Below, piece after piece: positions 15,943 through 27,111 of a stretch of DNA of 64,000 nt; position 1 is the first letter of the stretch, and each line of letters begins with the position of its first letter. The notes under the pieces are model-generated. The model was not told the DNA's origin. It saw only the letters and a list, made by a program, of their open reading frames with translations, and did not search any database. The stretch is from the human T2T-CHM13v2.0 reference genome, Homo sapiens. The stretch lies in the NCBI RefSeq assembly GCF_009914755.1, contig NC_060932.1, one strand, 5' to 3'. Both the position numbers and the translations under genes were made by a program.

Positions 15943-16118
15943 TAGAACTGGTTCAATAATTTGTGGACCCACTGTAAAATGAAAATGCAGGGGTTTCTTG
16001 AAATTTTTTTTTAGAGAATTTCAAGATGGTGAAAGCAGGGCATTAAACAAAGCAAGGCCCTTCTGAGTGCAGAGCCCTATGTGAATGCACAGGCCACATA
16101 TCCATGAAGCTGGCCATT
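15943..16118 (-). mobile_element. MER45A-like hAT DNA transposon
   Basis: About 176 bp; aatttgtggacccactgtaaaatgaaaatgcagggg...aatttcaagatgg...catgaagctggcc matches the recalled reverse complement of MER45A. Confidence 0.75.
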
Positions 16119-16257
16119 ACAGTTGCCTCCCAAATAGTCTTTCTGCATCCATTCTTGTCCCCATCTAGTCCTTTAGTTGTAGCAGACAGTGTTCTTTTGA
16201 ATTACCCCAACTTCTCATTGGTTAAAATCCTTTTGTGCATCCCAAAACCTTCTTGAT

Positions 16258-16545
16258 TCTTTTTAATTTTATTTTTAATTGATGTGTAACAATTGTACAT
16301 ATTTATAGGGCACAGAGCGATGTTTCAATACATGTGTACTATGTGTAATGATCAAAGCAGGTTAATTAGCATATTCACTACCTCACATATTTATCATTTC
16401 TTTGGGAACACTCAAAATCCTCTCTTCTAGCTATTTAAAAACATACAGTAAATTATTGTCAATTATAGTCACCCTGCAGTGCTATAGAACACTAAACATA
16501 CTCCTCTTATCTAGTTGAATTTTGTATCTATTAACCAACCCCTCT
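16258..16545 (-). mobile_element. L1MA-type 3' end fragment
   Basis: Reads tttaattgatgtgtaacaattgtacatatttatagg...ttatagtcaccctgcagtgctatagaacact. Confidence 0.8.
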
Positions 16546-18107
16546 CTGTAGGAAGGACTGATGTGTTATACAACGCTGAAATGTTGCAGGTGTCTGTTTT
16601 CATGATTGGGTAGCAAGATCTGCATCACTTATCTTAATTCTACTTTTGTGGCATTTGCCTTGAAAGGCTGAAGATGATGAATGGGAAGTGTGCCCAAGTT
16701 CAAGTGTACTGTGCCCTGTGATTTGTATTCATATTTTGTGTTGTGTAACTCAGACTGATGAGGTGCACTTGGCCCAAGTGAAGTAGTTTCCATCATAAAC
16801 CTGGAAAAGTTCCTGTTTTAAGGCTGGGCCTAGAGAAGATCAGTTCTGCTTCTAAAAAGTCTGATGTGTCTTTATGCAGACATTGTTTTCTGCAACAGTA
16901 TGGTCACTGATGAGGCACTTGAGGATGGAAATCTTAAATCTTCCTTGAAGAATGTGGCTAACCTCTTCGCTGTGTCCTGCCTATACTGACCTAATTTTTA
17001 CTTTTTAATTGAGCAGACCTTGATTGATTTACTCTGGTGTGGTCTGTGCCTGGTCTTTCTGTCTCTCTGCCTCATTATTGATCCATCAGCATAGTGGCCA
17101 CACAGGCGGTCATCCTGAGACACTAAAGAGACTCAGCTGCATGGACTGAAATTATCCTGGAGGACTACTTCCGCAGGATCTTTCAGCCACAGTACTGGGC
17201 ATGGCAACAAAGTTGGAGACCTCCTAGGGTTATTTTCACTTTGATGAATATTCTCGTATAAACATGAGAGTAGAATTGGAAATGGTTCAGTGAAAAGTAC
17301 ATTGAACATGGTTGGCATAAAGAATGGCATTCCAGAACTGGCTTTGTCATATACTAGTAGTTCATAGTTTCCCTATCATTAAAAGAAGACTGAATCTTCC
17401 TATGTTTGAAAAGAGGAAGATGGCACTCACATCAAAAGGTTATCAAGATGTTTAAATGAGATGATAAATTAGAAAGAGACATATGAACTATTAAGTATTG
17501 TATATATATGAGAGAAAATTGATATATGGCCACTATCATCAGTCTTTACAATTCTGGTTATTTATGAGGACTGTGTGGACAAATGAACATTTCCGATGTA
17601 ATAAACAAATGGGGATCAAACTAAAACAATTTTAGGTCAGAAAAAATCTTTTCTCCACCACATGGCTTCTAGATTCTGCCTGTGCCAATTTTCTTTAATT
17701 CCCTCCAAATGCTTTTAGATAAGTGTTTTTCCTAGATACTATCTATTCTAACTCATTCTCATTCATGAGAATGGTAGTACATTTTATGTCTCATCTGGTA
17801 GTACATTTTATGTCTGAAATGCCTTCAACATCTAACATTATTGGTATAATCTTGCAATGATTATTTTGGTAACCATGGCTTATCTGCAGCCTGGAGACCT
17901 CTGAGAAGCCCCTACACATGCTGTTAGCCTCCAGATGCCAGAAAGCGGAAACAGCAGTGTCATGAATAAAGCGGTGGGTATTTGGGGTGGGATGGGGTGG
18001 GAGGCAGCTAGATACCAAAACAAAAGGCAGAGGTGGTATTTGTTGCTTTTGTAAGCATCTTCTTTGTAACAACAGGTGCACAGTAGATCTTAAGATATTT
18101 TGTTGAA

Positions 18108-18282
18108 CATCACACACCAGGGCCTGTCGTGGGGTGGGGGGTTGGGGGAGGGATAGCATTAGGAGAAATACCTAATGTAAATGACGAGTTAATGGGTGCA
18201 GCAAACCAACACGGCACATGTATACATATGTAACAAACCTGCACATTGTGCACATGTACCCCAGAACTTAAAGTATAAAAAA
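18108..18282 (+). mobile_element. 5'-truncated L1PA (PA4-PA6-like) 3' end
   Basis: Reads gggagggatagcattaggagaaatacctaatg...aacttaaagtataaaa. TSD aagat(a/g)ttttgttgaa at 18092-18107 and 18283-18298. Confidence 0.92.
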
Positions 18283-18582
18283 AAGATGTTTTGTTGAATT
18301 AAAATATATGTTCTTGATGTTCTGCGGAAGCAGATGAGTAGTATGAGTATGTTGATATAGGAGTTAAGAAGAAATTTCTTAGGTAGATAGTGAGGGTATG
18401 GAAGTCTTCATTAAGGTTTCCCTTTTAATGAAGAGCATCCCCAAATTATTTTCCTTTCTAACAAGGGCAGCCTGTAAAATCCAGCTGCAGACACAGATGC
18501 TGGCAAGTTGTGCCAATCATGTTCAAGATGGTGGCTCCATCTTCTCTTCTCTTTGTCATCCAAGTGTACAGTAAGGAGCAGA

Positions 18583-18738
18583 CAAGATGGCACTGGTCAA
18601 CTGGAAAGCCCATTTGCATAATAAGATTAGGGTGGGGCAGCCAGCTTTCCCCATGCTCTATGTAAACATCATACCTGATCGAACCAATCTGTGAGCCTAT
18701 GTAAATCAGACACCACCTCCTCAAACCTGACTATAAAA
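18583..18738 (+). promoter_or_regulatory. Putative U3 promoter/enhancer motifs of the 5' LTR
   Basis: YY1-like CAAGATGGC at 18583, octamer ATTTGCAT at 18612, GGGTGGGG at 18630, CCAAT at 18684 and TATAAAA at 18732. Activity is not shown by sequence alone. Confidence 0.5.
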
Positions 18739-19568
18739 TCTGGCACATCTGCTGCTGGCCAGTCTTTTCTCTTGGAAGTCCCCTCTTTTCACTAAAGAGA
18801 GAGCTAGTTTCCTTTCTCTTCCTTTCTCTTTCTTTTGTCTATTAAACCCCACTCCTAAACCACTTGTGTATGTCTGTGTCCTAAATTTTCCTGGCACAAG
18901 ATGACAAGCCCAGGTGTCTACCCCAGACAATGTAGCTGCTTCATATTGGGGACCTCATCTGGGATACCAAGGTACAACATTCATTGAAATGGTAAATAGA
19001 GGAGTGGACTCCAACTCTATCCTTTCATTTTGGAGCTCTCAGCCTCCATTTTAGAACTAAATAAAATCAAATCAATAACAGGCATCTGTCAGCCAGTTAA
19101 AAATATGGTTAGTGTTGCTGCTGTTCTTAAAGACTCAGATACGATCATTACTGGGGAGAACATGGAGAATCCTGGTTACTGGGCATGTTGGCTGTGTTTG
19201 AACCGGCTTCCTTTCAAGGAGGACTTAGCCTTCGTGTGGGGCTGGAAGAGGTTCTGGAGCAACTGAGGATTTCCAGCTGGGGCTAACCCCCGGGGTTATC
19301 CAAAGGCTTCTGAACTGACGCCAGCCTCCAACTGCCTGATGGGGTGTTGGCAACAGGATCTCCAACTTTCCTATTGTAGTTTCCTCCTTTCCTGTCTGAG
19401 ACAGCCATGTCTCCTATCCTCTCTGTGTATGCAATGTGGGGGAAATTTTACAAAAGTAATCTTGTTTGGCAAGATTAGGCAATGTCATAGTAACTAGGCA
19501 TATAGCTCAAGGGAAGGCGTACTTGTGATTTTTGAGGAACAGAGGGTCCCCCCCACCCACAGTGAGTG

Positions 19569-19740
19569 TCTCTCTCTGCCCTTGGCCTGGAGGGCACATG
19601 GCACTTCCAAGTCACTCTGTGCCCTTGGTCTGGAGAGCACATGGCATTTCCAGGTCTCTCTCTGCCCTTGGCCTGGAGACCACATGGCATTTCCAGGTCT
19701 CTCTCTGCCCTTGGACTGGAAACCGCATGGTGTTTCAAGG
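19569..19740. repeat. 43-bp tandem repeat x4 in the ERV internal region
   Basis: gcccttgg recurs at 19578, 19621, 19664 and 19707. Consensus tctctctctgcccttggcctggagagcacatggcatttccagg. Confidence 0.95.
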
Positions 19741-20384
19741 TTAACAGTGCCACCTAGTGGAATAGGGATCCTTTCCATGAGGCAGATTGTTGGTCTTTTT
19801 CTGAAACACCCTAGCTTCCCAATTCTCCCTTTTTGTGCCCCTCTACTAAAAACCAGGCTTTATGCTGCTTTGGTGAATGGGAAAATTCTGTCTTCAACAA
19901 TTAGGAGTAAAATATCTTCTGAAACCAAATTTTAGTCTCAATACTGTCCCATCAGTAGGTAAATGGCCATTTGGTCCTTACATTTTTTAAGGCACCTATT
20001 CTGCCTCCAGTTAGAATGGTACTTACTTAGTAAGGGGATTTTAAGTTTGGAAGTTAACCAGAACCATTCTTGGAGGGTGAACACTTTAGCACAGGTGATA
20101 ATGGCAGGGTATAGAGCTCAAACCAGCACACTTCCTTTATAAAGGAGGGAAGTGTAACAGTTGCCCAAGTGCAAATGTCACGTAGTCTCTCCTGAGATCC
20201 ATTTCTTTTTGGCTGGGGGAGCCAGGCAGGTCACAAAAGTCTAGATAGTCAAAGGGAAGTCACAGGCAGAGCACTAGAGTTGCATGGGTGAGCGTGACAA
20301 ATCCCAATTACCTAGTTCCTCTGGTTCCATGGCCGAGGTCACGCCTGCAACCATGGGTGGCACATTCAACACCGTGCCTGGATA

Positions 20385-20627
20385 AGCCAGTTTATCGATC
20401 TGGGTAGGCAAGCTGATCCATCAAGGGCAGGGTTTATAAAATATCTTAAGCACTGATCTTGAGAGCAGTTTAGAGAGGGTCAAAATCTTGTAGCCTCTAG
20501 CTGTGTGACTCCTAAGCCATGGTTTCTAATCTTGTGGCTAGTTTCTTGGTCTGGTTCCCAGGTAAGAGGGAAGTATATCTTAGGAAGGGGCTGGTATCAT
20601 CTTTGTTTTAGATTGTGAACTGTAAAC
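20385..20627 (-). mobile_element. MER51-like LTR fragment inside the provirus
   Basis: gccagtttatcgatctggg...gctgatccatcaag...aagcactgatctt...aatcttgtagcctc...tttctaatcttgtggcta matches recalled MER51 in reverse orientation. Confidence 0.65.
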
Positions 20628-20718
20628 TTTTTATTGGGTTTGGTAATATGTCACACCCTGGCTTTGAAAAGAAGTTTATAAAGGAAAGAGATTTTATGTA
20701 AGAAAGGATCTTGTATGA

Positions 20719-20948
20719 TAAATACTTGTCCTAAAGACAATAGTTGGTTGTTTAAAAGAAGCATGTTTAGGACAAGTCAGAAGGTTTAAACATGTTGTAG
20801 ATGGTTCATGGAAGTCATGAAAGGATTATAAGGAAGGTAAATACTTGTCCTAAAAAGAATAGTTGGTTGTTTAAAAAGAAGGATGTTTGGGACAAGTTGG
20901 AAAGTTTAAGCATGTCTTACATGGTCTATGGTAGTCATGAAAGGATTA
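20719..20948. repeat. Diverged two-copy tandem duplication, period about 119 bp
   Basis: taaatacttgtcctaaa...gtcatgaaaggatta occurs at 20719-20828 and 20838-20948. Confidence 0.9.
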
Positions 20949-22444
20949 ATAATTGCAGGAAAGATTTAGCCAAGGTTAACACTAAAGTTACTCTAGCCAC
21001 CCAAATCCAATGCCACTTATCCTAAAAGGAATGTTACTTCTATATTGACATTTCAGCAACATCTGGTGGAGGTAAACCAGTTTTACAACCCACTGGAATG
21101 GCTGACAGCAATCAAACTCCAAATGGTGCTGTAGACAGAACCATGCATGAACATGCCTTTCTTCCAAGGACCCTTAGATTTACCCCAGGACGAGCCCTAG
21201 CTGCTGTTCTTCACACAATGCCCTTTTCAGCAGGAAGTAGCCAGAAACCTTTGTCATCCAACACCCCTAACAGCACTTAGGGTTACCAATCCAGAGGGAG
21301 GAACGATACAGGAGTTAAGAAGAAATTACTTAGGCAGATAGTGAGGGCATGGAAGTCTTCAGTAAGGTTTTCCTCTAATTGAAAAGCAGCCCCAAATTAT
21401 TTTCCTTTCTAACAAAGGAAAGCCTGTAAAAATCAAGCTGCAGACATAGATGCTGACATTGTGACAATCATGTTCAAAATGGTGGCTCCATCTTCCCTTC
21501 TCTTTGTCAGCCACGTGTACAGTAAGGAGCAGATAAGATGGCACCAGTCAACTGGAAAGCCCATTTTCATAATAATATTAGGGTGGAGGGGTCAGCTTTC
21601 CCCACATGATATGATGTCATACCTGATTGAATTAATCTGTGAGCCCTATGTAAATCAGACACTGTTTCCTCAAACCTGATTATAAAATCTGATGCATCTG
21701 TCCCTGATCATTCTTTCCTCTCAGGAGTCCCCTCTCTCTCAATAGAGAGAGAGCTGTTTTCCTTTCTCTTTCTTTTGCCTATTAAATCTCCACTCCTACA
21801 CCCCTCATGTGTGTCCATATCCTAAATTTTCCTGGCATGAGGTGATGAACCTTGGGTATCTACCCCAGACAACATAGCCACTTCACTGTCATTGCCTCTT
21901 CCAAACTTTAGACTAAAAAGAGGGTGGGTTTGTGAGGGAGACTCCCTCCCAGCACATCACCTACAAGGTGCTGTTAGGACCAGCAAAACTGATGCTCTTA
22001 TTAAGTCTATTTTGTTGCCTCCCTGAATTAAAAACATGCCCACTGATGAGTGGAAACAGGTGCCAGAACTCAATTCTAGGTTTTCTAACCTGAATTACAA
22101 TGCATTAATGCATTCCAGTATTTTGCCTATGTTTTAAGAAGTCAACAAGGTGTAGGTAGTGTGGAAATAGTATCTTCTGGTGATCAGTTAGAATACATAA
22201 GTAATAAAGACTATGAGAGGACAAAACACTAAATGCTTTGGAACAAGCCAGAAGGCTTGGGCAAATAGAAAAAAACCACATTAAATGTGAAGTATGACAC
22301 AAATCCAAAAGCAAATTGTGCTTATAGGTTGAGGAGCACATATTATAAGGGCAATAATGAGAAAAAATCTTAAGGGTTGTGAATGATAGTTGGCTTACTG
22401 TGTGTGAATCAATGATGTAATATGATTCCAAATGAGCTAATGCT

Positions 22445-23090
22445 TCTTTCAGTCACTCAATCATTTAATATTTCATTCTGCAAATATTTAATTGGACACC
22501 TTGCCAGATAACCCTAAGTGCTTACTATATGAACATGAGTAATGGTCCTTGTCTTCAAAATTTCCTATTTTAATGGAAGAGGAAGACATGAAAATTAGTT
22601 ACTTCAACACAGTGAGGTAAATGCAATAATAAACACTTAAGTACACAGATTGGAAAATGAGGAATGGCCAAAGATGGTTTTGCCAAGGAGAGTGTCCTTA
22701 AATTGGGTCTAGAGAATGATAGGTTGGAATCATTCAGGGAGATGGACATATCAGGCAGGGGGATATATGTGCAGAAGCTCATTTGAGAAAAGACGTGATT
22801 TCCCATGGTTCGAATACAGCCTATAAATGTTGACCTGTGTAGTAAGGAGTCAGTGTGGTCCAGATGAAGGAGAGATTTAAAAATCCTAAGTAAACTGGTT
22901 TGAAAATTTAACTTCTTAGAGGTAACAAGAAGCTCTTAAAGGGTTTTTAGAAAGAATATGAGTTCACCACATGCCTTTGAGGAGGGGGAATTGAGAGTGG
23001 AGTTTAAGAGATCAGTTAGAGGACATCAGTCCAGAGATGAGAGTGAGGATCTTTCCAGAGTGGCAGCATTTGTGATATGGAGGGGTGATG
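22445..23090 (-). mobile_element. L2 LINE fragment
   Basis: Reverse L2 tail (caaatatttaattggacacc...tgccag) followed by a purine-rich L2-like body. Confidence 0.6.
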
Positions 23091-23099
23091 TCTAATAAC

Positions 23100-23345
23100 A
23101 AACATTAGCACATATCAAGTGCTTATCATATGCCAGACCTGTGCTAAGCTTCTATTATCACACTTGTTTCCTTTTATATTTCTACAGCATAGGGACTATT
23201 ATTATTCCCTCCTTACTGATGAGAAAAACAGGGCTTAGAGAAGTTAAATCATTTTAAATTAATTTGATCAAGATCACATATCTGGTTGATGGAACAGCTG
23301 GGATTTCAATTCAGTTGGTTTAAGTCCTAAACTTGTACTCACAAG
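23100..23345 (-). mobile_element. MIR SINE
   Basis: Reads gatgagaaaaacagggcttagagaagttaa...aagatcacat...ctgggatttcaa. Confidence 0.65.
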
Positions 23346-24625
23346 TATTGAGATATAGTGCTTCCCTACAAGAAATGCTGAGGAAGATGGGTCTCTAGTG
23401 ACTGCTAAGATGTTAGGGGTAAGGGTGCCTCTCCTGTTTTGGGCTGGGCATCATGAACTAAATCAGAGGGTTGTTGTGGGACAGGCAGTTTGACGAGCAG
23501 ATTGGGAGATGTCAGTGTGAAGTATTCAGGGCCATCCCAATGAAGATGCGGCCAGGTTGTTGTGTCCAGGGTTTTCTGTGCTACCTTTTACATTTTATCT
23601 GTTTTCCCCAGATACCTAATGTATAGGAACAACCAGCAAAAACTATTCTTGAACTATTGTGAACTCCTAAAGTGTTGGTTAAATCCAAACAGCGTGAGTA
23701 GCCTACGACTGCCAATTCACTACCGAGTGACTATCGACCTGTAGATTTATAATACAGCTGAGATGGAAGGCTGGCTGAGTTCCTTCATTTCTTATTGATT
23801 TCATTCCATTGATAGCAAAGAGTAAGGCAATAGAAGACTAGCCAATGATTGTTCTCAAGTCAGGAAAAAGCTGAAAAAAGCACTTGATCGCCAGCAGCAA
23901 TGAACCTGGAGTTATATTTACTTTCATGATCTTAGTTAATTTGATTACAAACTCTTCCTGAAGACCTCCAAACAGAATCCAGAACTAAGCTTCTCTCATA
24001 AGAAGGAGAGAGGGAATAGGAATCAACATATATTGAGTACCTGCTATGTGCCAGGCAAATAACAGCCTCACAGCAGCCCTAGGGCAATGCTATGAAATGA
24101 ATTGTCTCCCCTCAAATTCATATGACTTTGCATATGCAACAGAGTCTAGATTTGAAGCCAAAGACCCAGCTTATTCCGTTAATGTTGTGTCTGCCTTTAA
24201 TTCCATAAATTGTAGATGGTTTTACTTTTATTTTTACTCTAAAGGTGGCTTATTTTGTTCATACATATCTTTGCCCTCTTTTGTGTTCATTTTTGCATGG
24301 CCATGATATATCCATGGCCACTAACCATCTTACCTAATTTGAAAATGTTTTGAGTTTCTTTGAACCCTTGGAATATGGTGGAATGTTATTCAGTATGATT
24401 TAAAAGCGGTGCACACAGTACTTAAAAAGTGGACTTTGGAGTCAAAAAGACCCAAGTTTGAATACGGATCTGTTATTTACTGGCCGTGTGAACCTGGGTA
24501 ATTGCTAACTTTTCTTAGCCTTTGTTCTTCAGAATGTTACTCTGAAGATTAAATAAAGCACACAAAATGCTTGATATACATGTAAATTAGACATTAGTAT
24601 CTGAAGTTTATAAAGAACTCTTACA

Positions 24626-25408
24626 TCCTGGCTATTGTGAATAATGCTGCAATGAACATGAGAGAGCAATCTGAAATTATTCTTCAGTGGATAAATGGAA
24701 AAAGAAAATGTGGTATACGAACACAATGGAATACTATTTAGCATTAAAACAGAAGGAAACCCTGCCACTTGCTACCACATGGATGAACCTGGATGACATT
24801 ATGTTAATGAAATGAGCCAGGCTAGAATCTGGATCTGGGACTTCCCAGCCTCCAGAACTGTGGGAAATAAATTTCTGATATTTATACTAGTCTGTGGTAT
24901 TTTGGTTATTGGCCAACTGAGCTGACTAATATAGACAGATGATATATATGTCACTTTACCTATGAGCAAACTGAGCACAGGGTCACTACTGGTAGGCCTA
25001 CTCTTGTTGACAAAACTGCATGTTATCATTTATATATGGAGTCTAAGAATTTTGAACTCATAGAAGCAGATAGTAAAATTATGGTTACCAGAGACTTGAG
25101 GTGTGTGTGTGTGACATGAAATTGAGGAGCTTTTAGTCAAAGGATACAAAATTTTAGTTAGACAAGAGAAATAAATTCAAGAGATCGATTGTAAAACATG
25201 GCAACTATAGCTAATAGCAATGTATTGTATACTTGAAAATTGCTAAGAGAGTAGATCTTATGTGCTGTCACCACCTACAAAAAAAGCATGTGAAGTAATG
25301 CATATGTTAATTAGCTTGATGTAGCCATTCTACCACATATACATAGGTCAAAAAATCATGTTTTATACCATAAGTATATACAATTATTTGTTAATTAAAA
25401 ACAAAAAT
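24626..25408 (+). mobile_element. L1MA-type 3' end with a short 5' inversion, inserted into an older L1
   Basis: TSD aactcttaca at 24616-24625 and 25409-25418. An inverted piece at 24626-~24668 precedes an L1MA 3' UTR (aaaattgctaagagagtagat...ttaattagcttgat). Confidence 0.8.
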
Positions 25409-25418
25409 AACTCTTACA

Positions 25419-26230
25419 AATTCAACAAGAAAATGATGAATAACCCAACAGAAAACTGGGTAAAGGATATGAGCTGGCAATTCACATAAAATAAAACCCA
25501 AATAGCCAACAAATAAACAAAAAGATGAGCAAGCTTACACATAATCAGAGAAGCACAAGTGTAAACAGTGCAATAAAACACACACTCAACCAAACAAATA
25601 TTTTAAAAATCTAACAGTGTAGGTGGGAATGAGAGCAACAGGACCACTGCTTGTAAGAGGAAAATCGTGTCAGTCACATTGGAGAGCAATTTGGCAATAT
25701 TTTAAAAAGTGGAAAACGCAGATACCCTACAATCCAACAAGAGTGCTTTTATGTCTACACCCCAGAAGATATGATCAATGATGGTAATTAAAGCATTTTT
25801 TATAATAGGGAAAACTGGTAACAACCTAAATGTCTCTATTAATAGGTCAAAGGATAAACATATTTTGATGTTTGTGTTATTTCATATGTACAGACAACAA
25901 CTAAAATGAAATCCATATATATCAACCTAGATGGATCTAGAAAGATAATATTACATCACAACAAAATAGTAAATATTATAAATAATTTATAGATACAGAC
26001 CTAGCTATATGTATATGTAAATATATGTGTGTGTTTATATGTGCGTGTGTATATATGTGTGTATGTATACATTATATATATAACATGGATGGGAAGGATA
26101 TATATTCAGTACATTAGAAGTTGGATTTGAGGAGACAGAGAGGAGAATAATACTAGAGAAAGGAATTTCAACATCTGAAACACATTATCCTTTTAAAAAT
26201 GCATAAGAAAATATGACTAGTTGTTAGCAT
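25419..26230 (+). mobile_element. Older L1 (L1ME-like) ORF2 end and 3' UTR; host of the L1MA insertion, continuing from about 24590
   Basis: Reads caacaagaaaatgatgaataacccaacagaaaactgggtaaaggatatgagctggcaattcaca...ggagagcaatttggcaatat...acaacctaaatgtc. Confidence 0.7.
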
Positions 26231-26269
26231 TGTTTACTTCCAGGGCTTGGTTCATGGACATTCATATTA

Positions 26270-26800
26270 TTAGTTCTGGGCATATTTTCTTAGCCTTCTT
26301 GGATTATCTTGGCCTTATTCTTTTCCTTTGACTGTTGGCCACTTATTCTGGCCTCAGCTAGTCCTGTGTGCTTCCAATACCTGAGACCAATCAGCCTGGA
26401 CTGGCTCCTTCCATCACTTCTTGTGTGGGGTCTGTTTACCCCAGCAGCTGTGAAAGGGTCCAAGTGATGTCATCAGAAAGTGCATGCAAAAAGGGAACTC
26501 TTGCCAATGGGAGAGACAGGGAAGGAGCCAGCAGACATATTTTTCTGCCTTCCTCTGTCCTGAGACACTTTTTCCCACCTTAGAGCCTGCCCAGAGGCAT
26601 TTCAAATGGCTCTGCGAGTGGATTTTCCAAGGCACCAGCTGAATCTCTTCAGAGCCCATGTTGCCAGCAAAATGTAGTGGTAGCTTGCATTCGCCTCTCA
26701 TCCTTTTCTTCCTCACTTCTCTTTTCCCTCACTTTCACTGCCTTGGGGTTTCATTAGCCTTGCCTTGGGCTGTTTTTCTCTAAGGAGTCTGGGTAAGATA
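26270..26800 (+). mobile_element. Old ERVL LTR (LTR16/LTR33-like), tentative
   Basis: The 3' end ccttgccttgggctgtttttctctaaggagtctgggtaagata resembles LTR16/LTR33 termini. Confidence 0.4.
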
Positions 26801-26836
26801 TTCTTTTTTGTACTTTTCTATATTTCAGCAGTAATA

Positions 26837-27111
26837 CGTTTGTCCCTTGGTATCAGCCCTGTGGATACCAAAATCCATGCATGTTCAAGTCCCTTATATA
26901 AAATGTCATAATTTTGCATATAACCTATACATATCCCCCCCATGCTTTAAATCATCCTTAGATTACTTATAAAACCTAATACAATGTAAATGCTATGTAA
27001 ATAGTTGTTAAACTATACTGTTTTTGTTTGTAATATTTTTAATTTTTTTTAAAGTATTTTCAATCTGAAGTTAGTTGAATCCACAATGCTGTGGATATGG
27101 AGGTCCAACTG
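26837..27111. mobile_element. MER2-like Tc1/mariner (Tigger) MITE
   Basis: Reads ggataccaaaatccatgcatgttcaagtcccttatataaaatg...cctaatacaatgtaaatgctatgtaaatagttgtt...ggatatggaggtccaactg, flanked by TA. Confidence 0.8.

Larger units (their letters stand above)
18353..21885 (+). mobile_element. Internally deleted ERV1 provirus (LTR9/LTR9B with HUERS-P3-like internal region), antisense to ADCY8
   Basis: Two homologous LTRs at 18353-18943 and 21304-21885. PBS tggggacctcatctgggat (18947-18965) resembles a CpG-decayed tRNA-Pro PBS. Polypurine tract agagggaggaa at 21293-21303. Imperfect 4-bp TSD atgt/ctgt. The internal region is only 2.36 kb. The family name is from recall. Confidence 0.85.

Noticed and set aside
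16548-17070. Non-repetitive-looking stretch considered as a processed pseudogene or antisense exon (acceptor-like ctgac...tttttaattgagcag near 17015)
   Set aside because: I found no sustained frame or recognisable protein in the parts I translated, and no poly-A or TSD. It cannot be supported without a BLAST or Dfam search.
19569-19740. Regularly spaced repeats resembling a CRISPR array
   Set aside because: The units abut with no unique spacers, there are no cas genes, and the tract lies inside a mammalian ERV.
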